A stretch of DNA of 64,000 nt from a virus. Its lineage: Duplodnaviria > Caudoviricetes. Both the position numbers and the translations under genes were made by a program. The notes under the pieces are model-generated. The model searched no databases. It was given only the letters and a program-made list of their open reading frames with translations, and was not told the DNA's origin. Location: IMG/VR virus record IMGVR_UViG_3300028832_000100; one strand, given 5' to 3'. Below are positions 38,855-47,313 of this stretch, piece by piece. The first letter of the stretch is position 1; each line of letters starts with the position of its first letter.

Positions 38855-39898
38855 TTATTCTTTTCCTTTATTGGCATTATTGTACCATTTCTCATAAATA
38901 TCATCATAAGAAATTCCAGTAATATCAGAAAGTTTATCAAACAGTCTTTCTCTTATAATAGAATCCTTAACACCGATGACTTCATACACATCCGCTCCGT
39001 CATTGATTGCTTTCAGAAGATCATCAAAGGTTGCTTCTTCATTGATTTCATATCCGGCTTCATCGTTGGGAAAAGCATCAACATACCAAGTTCTTAATTT
39101 GATTGTTGTTGGAGCGGTTTGTTCCTGCTCATCTGCCTCAACCTCAATTTCATCTGCCTCATTCAGAGATTCATCTACATCATCTTTTTCATAGATAACT
39201 TCTCTTTCGGTATCAAAACTGTCAATGTCGAAGTCTCCGTTGGAATCATAGTAGTATTTTGCTTTCTCTACATAAGAACCAACACCGTGCTCTTTACACT
39301 CTTTCACAGCTTCTTCTTCTGTGTCATATTCATCTACAAGGTCGCTATCTTCATCATAGACAATATATTGAGTATCAAAGTTTTCACCTTGTACTGCTTT
39401 ATCTACATACTTGATGATTCTTTCGTCTGTAACTTCTGCATCGATAGCAGCAACAAAGTTTGCATTATCGATATAGAAATAATTGTAATCAGTTCTCTTT
39501 GCATTCTTCAAAGAATCTTCAACAGAGCAAATTGAACCGTCCCAAGTAGTATGTGACCAACCGCCACCATAGATAAAATCAATAGATCCACCATTAAGAT
39601 CATCAATAACAATTTCTGTAAGTGCATCCAGATCTTTTACAAGTTTATCTGCACTGATATCATAATAGTTATTATATGTAAGAAGTGCTTTCTTAACAAC
39701 AAAGTCAACATCTTCAATTTCTTCTGTACTATACATATAAGAAGATGCTCTTAATGAACCTGCCTTACCTCTCATGTCGCAATCACAAAGAATAAGAGGA
39801 TCTCCGAGATAATCTTTTCCGACAACCTCTGCTTTTGTAACTTTACCTTCTACATAAATATCTTTTGATGTAATTTTATATCCTGCTCCTGCACCCAT
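38855..39898 (-). CDS. Acidic two-part protein; C-terminal domain shared with 32560..35391
   Basis: DESLNEA junction; WY-x3-P-D...I-x2-E-x-TF domain also present in 32560..35391. Confidence 0.7.
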   Translation of the reverse strand: MGAGAGYKITSKDIYVEGKVTKAEVVGKDYLGDPLILCDCDMRGKAGSLRASSYMYSTEEIEDVDFVVKKALLTYNNYYDISADKLVKDLDALTEIVIDDLNGGSIDFIYGGGWSHTTWDGSICSVEDSLKNAKRTDYNYFYIDNANFVAAIDAEVTDERIIKYVDKAVQGENFDTQYIVYDEDSDLVDEYDTEEEAVKECKEHGVGSYVEKAKYYYDSNGDFDIDSFDTEREVIYEKDDVDESLNEADEIEVEADEQEQTAPTTIKLRTWYVDAFPNDEAGYEINEEATFDDLLKAINDGADVYEVIGVKDSIIRERLFDKLSDITGISYDDIYEKWYNNANKGKE

Positions 39899-39928
39899 CT
39901 TTTATATACCTCCAAGTAATAATCAATC

Positions 39929-40303
39929 TTATTCTTCCTCTGCAAAGATGTCAAATAATTCATCAGGAATATCAAGTTGATTGTAGTCGTCTTCCATTGC
40001 ATCTACAATCTCATCTGCATAATCTCTACAATCCATTGCAAGTCCGATTGTATCTCTGGATTCCAGATTTCCGTAAGCATTGAAGTGAATATAATCATCT
40101 CCCCAATTTCTAATATCTCCGAAGAATGTTGCTCTTGCTGCTTCATAGGGATCAGTAAAATAAACATGGAAGAATTCTTCATCAAAAGGTTGATAGTCAA
40201 GATTATCTAAATTTCCATTGTAAGAATTGATCTCTTGAACTAACGAGATAATGTCTTCATCATCCATATTCTTGATAAATTCGATTGCTTTTTCCTTATT
40301 CAT
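39929..40303 (-). CDS. Small acidic protein, possible DNA mimic
   Basis: P-EAARA-FFG...DDYIHFNAYGNLES; strongly acidic. Confidence 0.6.
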   Translation of the reverse strand: MNKEKAIEFIKNMDDEDIISLVQEINSYNGNLDNLDYQPFDEEFFHVYFTDPYEAARATFFGDIRNWGDDYIHFNAYGNLESRDTIGLAMDCRDYADEIVDAMEDDYNQLDIPDELFDIFAEEE

Positions 40304-40324
40304 TTTTTCTGTTTTCCTTCCTAA

Positions 40325-40633
40325 TTAAAATTGAATTGTTAATTGTTCTTCTACAATATTTGATACAATCTTTTTTGATTTCTTTGTTGTTTGTTTTTCT
40401 GTTACTCCGAAATCATTTATTCCTTCATCGTCAATATCTATTTGATAATCTTTTAATTTCATATCTTTTGATATTTTCTGTATTAACAGGAATCTTGCTT
40501 GTTCTTTTGTGTATGCTTCTACTTGATAATAATGATATGTTTTCTTTATTGGTTTGTAGAAGTATGTTTCTCTTATGTATCCAGAGTATGAATATTTATG
40601 CTTCATCTTTTTCCTATCTGCATAGAAAAACAA
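40325..40633 (-). CDS. Hypothetical protein
   Basis: Open frame downstream of a TGCTAAA motif. Confidence 0.5.
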   Translation of the reverse strand: MFFYADRKKMKHKYSYSGYIRETYFYKPIKKTYHYYQVEAYTKEQARFLLIQKISKDMKLKDYQIDIDDEGINDFGVTEKQTTKKSKKIVSNIVEEQLTIQF

Positions 40634-40678
40634 TTCATATAATTTTAGCAGATTAAATTTATTCTTATTTTAATAAAT

Positions 40679-41017
40679 TTAATTTTTCCTTTCTGAATTA
40701 TAGTAGTTCTTTTCTAACGGCACTAAAACTATAATGTTATCATAGTCATATTTTAATAATTGATAATTACCTTCTCTCATTCTATCTACATATTTATAGA
40801 CAGAATTCATTATAGCCGTTCCGGGATATTGAAACAGTACAAGAGATACTTCTTTTGGTCTTTCTTCTAAAAACTCTATCTTTCTCCGCAACAGTTCCTT
40901 TCTCATTACTTCTTGTAATGAATAGTTTGCTATGAAGATAATTTCTCTTTTTAGCATACAATGTCTGAAAATGGATCGTGAATCATTATCCCTTGTAACA
41001 TAAACTTTTACTCTCAT
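40679..41017 (-). CDS. Hypothetical protein
   Basis: Open frame with AAGGA RBS. Confidence 0.55.
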   Translation of the reverse strand: MRVKVYVTRDNDSRSIFRHCMLKREIIFIANYSLQEVMRKELLRRKIEFLEERPKEVSLVLFQYPGTAIMNSVYKYVDRMREGNYQLLKYDYDNIIVLVPLEKNYYNSERKN

Positions 41018-41077
41018 ATCTTTTTCCTTTCTGAAAGATCTTTCTCACTCAATACTACTTGATACTATTTCATCGAG

Positions 41078-41260
41078 TCACTTGACAAAATAATATCTAT
41101 CCGCACATTCTTTTATATCTCTTACCCCATCGCATCTTCCCTTTTTATAATGGTAGCATTCTTCACATGGTTTTCCTTCTTTATATCTGTTCTGGCAAAC
41201 TACCAGTGCTCTCAAGAATTCTGGTAAGGATAAATTTTCCCAATACTCTTTATCAATCAT
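41078..41260 (-). CDS. Small Cys-rich protein
   Basis: AGGAG RBS; C-x9-CxxC-x7-C. Confidence 0.5.
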   Translation of the reverse strand: MIDKEYWENLSLPEFLRALVVCQNRYKEGKPCEECYHYKKGRCDGVRDIKECADRYYFVK

Positions 41261-41325
41261 TTCCTGTTCTCCTTTTGTAGCGTATCCTGTATATTATTTC
41301 CGACCAATTCTTGGATCATTTTTAT

Positions 41326-42090
41326 TTGTGAACATTTCTTCACTTTTTGTTCACATTATGTTCACATTTATACTTATCATTTTTTGTATATATTGCACAA
41401 ATTGAACTTTGCAAAAATGAAATTAAGCATTTTTTGAACTTTTCTCTATAAGTATTGTATCACCTTTTTCTAATTTTGTCAACTATGAATTTTTAGACTC
41501 ATTTTTCAGATCTGTAAAAATTGATGATCTTCATAGATGCACCTAAAACGCTCTACAATCAATTTCTGTGAAAAAATGTATCGGTAATCGTCATTTTCTG
41601 TAAAATCGTCTTGTAGGTGGCAAATTTTGCGTCTGTGATGTGTTGTTGATTTTCTGCCATTATTCAAGGTGTGCATATACCCATACATACGCGCATACGC
41701 GAATTCCTATTATATATCGGCAGAAAATTTTGGTATATAATATGTATCTTATTGATATTCGTAAGAATATATACATTAGACTACTTATTTATTTTTCTAT
41801 TAGATTATTTATTTGTTTTATAAATTTAATAATTTTGACTATTTATTGGAGTATGAAAAAATACGGAGTATTTTTTCTTTTGTTCCTATTATATACCAAC
41901 AATGATTTTGATTTTTGTAATTTCAATGGAAATTCAGCAATTCCCTTCTTATAAATTATATAATGGCTCGTTAAAAAATTATCAATTTTGTGCATTTTGA
42001 CAAAAATGTGAACATTGTGTGAACATTGTGTGAATTTTTGATGAATATAAGATATTTTATGAACAAATTATGAACAAATTGTGAACGACA
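41326..42090. repeat. Non-coding origin-like region with TGTGAAC/TATGAAC repeat clusters at both ends
   Basis: Repeats at 41326-41370 (mixed orientation) and 42007-42088 (direct, 11-bp spacing); AT-rich interior. Confidence 0.6.
41454..41482 (-). promoter_or_regulatory. sigmaA promoter
   Basis: TAGTTGACA-17bp-TACAAT with TG extension. Confidence 0.7.
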
Positions 42091-42122
42091 AAAATAAAGG
42101 GCTGTTGACTTACAACAGCCCG
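42090..42122 (-). terminator. Intrinsic terminator
   Basis: GGGCTGTTG-N5-CAACAGCCC followed by TTTTATTTT on the minus strand. Confidence 0.75.
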
Positions 42123-42126
42123 CTGT

Positions 42127-42648
42127 TCATTCTTCCTCTTTATCGTCAAATAGATCAGAATATTCTTTATTTGTATCTGTAACTGGGCGAATATTATCAA
42201 CCCTTAATTCTTTTATTGTTTTCTGTGCTTGACTAAGTACTTTTATTAGATATTCCTTAATATCATCAAAAAGTTTTTCCATCATCTCATCTTGGTTTTT
42301 AATAACTTTTTGAGATACTTCATGATAGACTTGATCGTAGATTTCTTTTCTTACTTTTTCTTCAATTTCTTGCCTTTTTTCTTCTGTAATACTTCTTATC
42401 ACACGATCTTCAATTTCTTTCCCAAATTCTTCTTGTGCTTTCTTTTTAGCAAGTCTTTCTACTTCTTTGAAATGTTTTTCACATTTTTCAGAAGCAATTT
42501 CAGTTGCTTTTCTTTCAATTCTTGCTGTTTCTGACTCTTCTAATTGTCTGATTCTTCTTAAAAGGTCATCTGTTCTGGGATCAGTGATGTATTCTGTCCT
42601 ACATTCACAATTACAAGCCCCACAGTTACTTCCATCACAGCTCGGCAT
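42127..42648 (-). CDS. Protein with Cys-rich N-terminal peptide (MPSCDGSNCGACNCEC) and coiled coil; candidate radical SAM substrate
   Basis: Overlaps the radical SAM gene; 5 Cys in the first 16 aa. Confidence 0.65.
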   Translation of the reverse strand: MPSCDGSNCGACNCECRTEYITDPRTDDLLRRIRQLEESETARIERKATEIASEKCEKHFKEVERLAKKKAQEEFGKEIEDRVIRSITEEKRQEIEEKVRKEIYDQVYHEVSQKVIKNQDEMMEKLFDDIKEYLIKVLSQAQKTIKELRVDNIRPVTDTNKEYSDLFDDKEEE

Positions 42649-43699
42649 TTTCTTTTTTCTCCTTAATTTCTAATGTTTTTCTATACATATATAATAGAAC
42701 TTTTCTAATGATGTCACAAGTATATTTCATGTTTTCTTCCTTGTTGTGCAGTTTACACCCGCCACCACAAATGTCTGAAACAGGACAATCTTTACATTTT
42801 TCAGGCAAAGAATAGTTATAACCAATCTTGTATGATTTTTGCTTTTTAAAAGTATCAATAATGTTATTGCAAGAGAATAGATTTCCTATCGGCTGTTCAT
42901 TTATCATAGTCTGACATGGAAATAGATTACCTTCCACATCAATAGTAATGAGTTTTTCTCCTGCAGTACATCCATCATAATTTGTGTCTAACTTTATGTT
43001 GTTAAACTTAAAAGAGTGATAAATGTCAAATCCGTTATACCCGATAACATCAATTACTCTCTTCATTTTATTGCAAATTGTATCATATTCCATTTCACCG
43101 CAGAAAAAATGATCCAAGTAAATACCCCACCCAAGTTTTCTATCTGAAATCCACTTTGCCAAAATGTCTACATCATCAAAACTGTTTTTATCTACAACTG
43201 TTGAAATATCAATATTCCTTATGCCAATAGACAAAAGTTTATCGATATTCCTTTTTACAATTTCAGCAGAGCTTTCTCCATTTATAAACGGCTTTGAGTA
43301 AGAGTATCCATCCAATGAAATTCCAAAACCAATCTTGTCTTTATATTTACTGAAAAAAGATAGCATATTGTCTGTTAAAATTGTTAAATTTGTGATAATA
43401 CTTATAAATCCTTTTTCACCACATTCAGATATAAATTCTTCTGCAAATGGTTTCCAATCATCGAATACAAGAGTTGGTTCCCCGCCAGCAAGTCTATAAA
43501 CTACAAAATCCAATTCACCACTATTAAGCATTTTTAGAAAGGTATCATTAATTTTTTCATAAGTAGTTTTAGACATTTTGCGATCATCCCATTTTACATA
43601 GCAATATGGGCATCTAAGATTGCATTGATTTGTGGTAAAAATCCATGGGGACATGTATCTCATACTACTCAACTCACCTCGTTTTCTGCTTCTCTGCAA
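42635..43699 (-). CDS. Radical SAM/SPASM-domain protein
   Basis: CNLRCPYC (CxxxCxxC), GGEP, ISLDG; SPASM CTAG...PC...CKDC...CGGGC...C. Confidence 0.9.
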   Translation of the reverse strand: MQRSRKRGELSSMRYMSPWIFTTNQCNLRCPYCYVKWDDRKMSKTTYEKINDTFLKMLNSGELDFVVYRLAGGEPTLVFDDWKPFAEEFISECGEKGFISIITNLTILTDNMLSFFSKYKDKIGFGISLDGYSYSKPFINGESSAEIVKRNIDKLLSIGIRNIDISTVVDKNSFDDVDILAKWISDRKLGWGIYLDHFFCGEMEYDTICNKMKRVIDVIGYNGFDIYHSFKFNNIKLDTNYDGCTAGEKLITIDVEGNLFPCQTMINEQPIGNLFSCNNIIDTFKKQKSYKIGYNYSLPEKCKDCPVSDICGGGCKLHNKEENMKYTCDIIRKVLLYMYRKTLEIKEKKENAEL

Positions 43700-44139
43700 G
43701 GAATAAGATCATCCACAGATTTAGCATTTTTCAAAATTTCTTCCAGTCGATCTATTTTGTTAATGTGTATAGTGCTTCCTCCTACAACCATAAGACTTTC
43801 CACCTTATCTGGATTTCTACTAATGAGAATGATCGGTTTATTCAAAGCACAAGCATATCCACACTCCCAAGCAGATCCGTTTCCACTTTCATGTCTTCCG
43901 TTTGATACAGCAACAACAATATCACAAATAGTAAGTTCTGAAATATCCATCCCATATACAGCATTACCCCAATCTTTATTGGACATATTCCAAGCATTGG
44001 GAATCTTATGTTCATACGGTTTGAATACCGTGTTTCCATTCTCCTCGCAGATAGACGCTACAGCGGAGAGAAATATTTTCTTATTTTCTGCTACTTCTTT
44101 ATTTGCATCCGCGAAAGATCCAGCAAGATAGATTTTCAT
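43669..44139 (-). CDS. Nucleoside 2-deoxyribosyltransferase-family protein
   Basis: KIYLAGSF...D...CDIVVA...GSAWECGYA...KPII. Confidence 0.8.
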   Translation of the reverse strand: MKIYLAGSFADANKEVAENKKIFLSAVASICEENGNTVFKPYEHKIPNAWNMSNKDWGNAVYGMDISELTICDIVVAVSNGRHESGNGSAWECGYACALNKPIILISRNPDKVESLMVVGGSTIHINKIDRLEEILKNAKSVDDLIPCREAENEVS

Positions 44140-44973
44140 TTTGTTTTTACCTTTCTTCTATCCTTGTAGTCCAAAATCAAACAAATCAGAGCATATACAA
44201 TTATCACAGGTAAGCACAGAACAAATACAACCATTGTAAATACTGCAACAGCAATAATTTCTATAAGGTAGATAATGCAAAATAGGATAGTTTCTAAAAA
44301 ATACAAAATGCCTTTCATTTTTCTTCCTCAGAGTTCAGTGCTTCTTGCAGTTCTTCCTTCAATTCTTCTATCTCTTGATCTTTCTCATAGATTTCACCTT
44401 GGAGATCGCAGATGTCTTCTTCAAGATCATCAATTTTATTCTTATAATCTTCTATCTCTTCTTCGACAAAGGTATTAATATCTTCTCTCTCCATAGAGTT
44501 TTCTAAATATTGCAATATCTTATTTGCAATATATCCATACTCTGTTTCATCACCTTCAGAAATGTGGTTTTTAGAGAATGCTTCTAACGCTTCTCTCATC
44601 GACATTCCATTATATAGGCTAAAATATTGTTTACTCATATCTTACAAACCTCCCGACGAAGAAACTCCAAAAGTTCCGAATCCCACCTTCTATAAGAATC
44701 TCCCCATTCTGTTTTAGGGTATTGAGTGGTTTTTCCATTTAATGACACTGTTGCTTCTGTAAATATTCTTTCATTTTCAATGTAAATGATAAATTTCCAC
44801 TCCTCGGTTGTATTTTGGTCACTAATTTTTGCATTTACAGTTATTTTTCGTTTTCTTTTTGAAAATCTATCCTCTTCTTCTTTTTTTATTTCTCTACATA
44901 ATTTTAAAAAATCTTTTATGAATTGATTTTTATTATCATATTCTCTTTTAATGCTTTCACAAATATCTATCAT
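44136..44973 (-). other. Three coupled small hypothetical genes (44136..44318 TM peptide, 44315..44638 acidic coil, 44635..44973)
   Basis: ATGA overlaps and RBSs. Confidence 0.55.
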
Positions 44974-44985
44974 GTATTTTACTCC

Positions 44986-45519
44986 TTATAAGTTATTAGT
45001 CATATAATTCTTTTCTACCAAACAGTAAGATTGCGGTGGTCTTTTAATGGGTTTAGGAACATAGCAATCATTGTCATAGATACATGAAGACGATTCATAC
45101 CCACTAACTTTGCAGGAATGACATTTTTCATCGTGGAAAAAGTCACTTAACGGTTTCGGTTTGTCATAACGCTTAAAATCAGAAATGTGCCAACAGTAAA
45201 TTGTTTTGCCATTTGCATAGATATTTATATCAACCCGGTCAAGCATAGTCTCAAGTAGCAAATCATCGTCTATTCTGCACCCATCGAAATCATACCCAAT
45301 CGAGAATATTTTATCGCAAGTAAATTCACCGATTACACTTCCTGTTCCATACGCTGTTCCAAGCAGGTTCTTTCTACCGGATTTCGTACAGTAAATATAG
45401 CAAGTAAACGGTGGTTTCAACCTCGGCTTTGTTTTTCTTACTTCGTAAGTTTTTAGTCCGTCCTCAATCAAAAAACACCACTGTGGTTTAATGCTTATCA
45501 GAACCGCATTGTTCATCAT
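44986..45519 (-). CDS. ASCH-domain protein
   Basis: LISIKPQW...GLKTYEVRK...YIY...VIGEF...PPQSYC. Confidence 0.8.
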   Translation of the reverse strand: MMNNAVLISIKPQWCFLIEDGLKTYEVRKTKPRLKPPFTCYIYCTKSGRKNLLGTAYGTGSVIGEFTCDKIFSIGYDFDGCRIDDDLLLETMLDRVDINIYANGKTIYCWHISDFKRYDKPKPLSDFFHDEKCHSCKVSGYESSSCIYDNDCYVPKPIKRPPQSYCLVEKNYMTNNL

Positions 45520-45797
45520 AGTATCTCCTTATTTCATACAAGTATTTTACAGCATCCGTATTTCTGCTGTACAAGTTGTCAAGTAGCTGTTTGTCTATTG
45601 CTGTTATGATTTTGCAAATAAGATTCTCATCATTTTTTGGTTGATTGTATTCTTCTCCAACCTGCATTTTATCGGTCTTAATAACCCCTTGTTTCATATA
45701 TGATTTACAAGTCATTTCTTCTTTATTTTATGACACGAATTTCTTTGCAAACAAATTTTAGAACTTTGACGTTTGGTTAGATCGCCGATTTTAATTT

Positions 45798-46247
45798 TCA
45801 TAGCAATTCACTCTTTCTTGACTCGCACCATTGTCTATATTCATTTCTCAACCGCTTCCCGATACTTTCGTATGCGTCATCAAACGCGCCTGTATCACCT
45901 GAACAGTATCTTTCAAGATTGTCTGCAGAAAATGCGTAGTTCATCCAGTCAGTAAGTTCTTCATCTTGTAGATTGTATGATCTTTCCAGAGTATTTACAA
46001 ATAACGCTTCTTTGTCCTTATTGGTTATCCAGATACTATCTTTATTTATTGTAACACCATTCTCAATAAGATGATCTTCTGTATTGGCATTTACATCCAT
46101 GCCAATATCCCACTCGGCTGGGTCTGTTTTTCCATCAAATCTACACATCATCGGAGCATTGGCATTATAAAAAGGACATAAATGACAACGTTCCTTTCCT
46201 TTGCAAATTTCTGCAATTTGCTTAATAGTCATATCACCGAATTTCAT
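45798..46247 (-). CDS. Hypothetical protein with Cys cluster
   Basis: Open frame coupled by ATGA overlap. Confidence 0.55.
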   Translation of the reverse strand: MKFGDMTIKQIAEICKGKERCHLCPFYNANAPMMCRFDGKTDPAEWDIGMDVNANTEDHLIENGVTINKDSIWITNKDKEALFVNTLERSYNLQDEELTDWMNYAFSADNLERYCSGDTGAFDDAYESIGKRLRNEYRQWCESRKSELL

Positions 46248-46648
46248 AACAATTCCCTTTCAATTTTTTCAAAATCCATCGGCGCGTTCCTCTGTTTGAG
46301 TAAGTTGATACACTCAATCAAATAAGACCGATCATGTTCAGGATACCAACAAATATCGTTATAACGTTCCATACACCACGCAGGATCAATGGTAATCGCA
46401 GAAGTAGTATATCTCGGATAATTACTGTTAAGCCAGTTTTTATTCGCTTTATACCCACGGTTTTCCATTTCACGAATAACTGCCATGTGATAAGCGAACA
46501 GCACCTCTCTGCCGTGCTTAAACACATAATCAACAGTTGCGTGCTTTCGTCCCCAACCTTTACCACGAAGAGCGCAAACTTCCCTATGTTGAGAAAGTAA
46601 TCTTTGTCTGTCTAGATATGGAATTAACGATTGGTGCCATAATCTCAT
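46244..46648 (-). CDS. Pyrimidine dimer DNA glycosylase/endonuclease V-like protein
   Basis: MRLWH-L-L-RQ-LL-QHRE-CALRG-GWG-KHATVDYVF...YH-EM-RGY. Confidence 0.8.
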   Translation of the reverse strand: MRLWHQSLIPYLDRQRLLSQHREVCALRGKGWGRKHATVDYVFKHGREVLFAYHMAVIREMENRGYKANKNWLNSNYPRYTTSAITIDPAWCMERYNDICWYPEHDRSYLIECINLLKQRNAPMDFEKIERELL

Positions 46649-47313
46649 AAAATATTAACCTCTTCTTTTATTTTTTTCGCTAATAATTCTTTTAAAGTCA
46701 TATTTTGTTCTAAACATTTGTTTTGTAGAATTTCTATTTCTGTTGGAGATAATCCTAATTGATTTAAATCTAAATGCTTCATATTATTTTCTTTTCGAGA
46801 AACAATTTCTAAATTATATAAAGCATTATTTTCTTTATTTCCATCAATATGATTGACTTCTTCTCCATCTTGCAGCGGGCGTAAAAAAGTTAATGCCATT
46901 AAAGAGTGAATTCTACATAATTTCCTATTGGCTTTTCCAGTTTCTTTTTGTAGAACAATTATTGGATAACCATTTGTATCTTTTGATGGTTGTAATATTT
47001 TACCTTGGTACTGTCCTAGAGTAGATTGAATTTTTCCTTCTTTATTAATGATATATCTATTGTTAAATCCAGGGATGTATTTCCATTCTCCACTAAGCAA
47101 ATTTTCTTCTATTGTATCTTTATAAGGTTTTTTAAATTTCTCTTTAGATACATAATATTTTTCTCTAATTTGCTCAACGCCATCTTCATATTGAATAGTA
47201 ACAATAGATTTTTTACCGTCTGTGTGTTGGTCTATAATAATACCTTTTTCATTATTACAATCATAAACCTCTTGTCCAATACACTCTTTTCCTCTTTTTA
47301 ATTGGTTTTCCAT
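46645..47313 (-). CDS. Free-standing NUMOD4-HNH homing endonuclease
   Basis: EWKYIPGF-Y-I-G (NUMOD4); IH-LMA-TF...VNHIDGNK-NN-NLE...N-H. Confidence 0.85.
   Translation of the reverse strand: MENQLKRGKECIGQEVYDCNNEKGIIIDQHTDGKKSIVTIQYEDGVEQIREKYYVSKEKFKKPYKDTIEENLLSGEWKYIPGFNNRYIINKEGKIQSTLGQYQGKILQPSKDTNGYPIIVLQKETGKANRKLCRIHSLMALTFLRPLQDGEEVNHIDGNKENNALYNLEIVSRKENNMKHLDLNQLGLSPTEIEILQNKCLEQNMTLKELLAKKIKEEVNIL

Noticed and set aside
23936-39535. Longer plus-strand ORFs (23936..24526, 29344..30066, 37526..38170, 39119..39535)
   Set aside because: Antisense shadows of LRR or acidic minus-strand genes, with no RBS and biased F/I-rich composition
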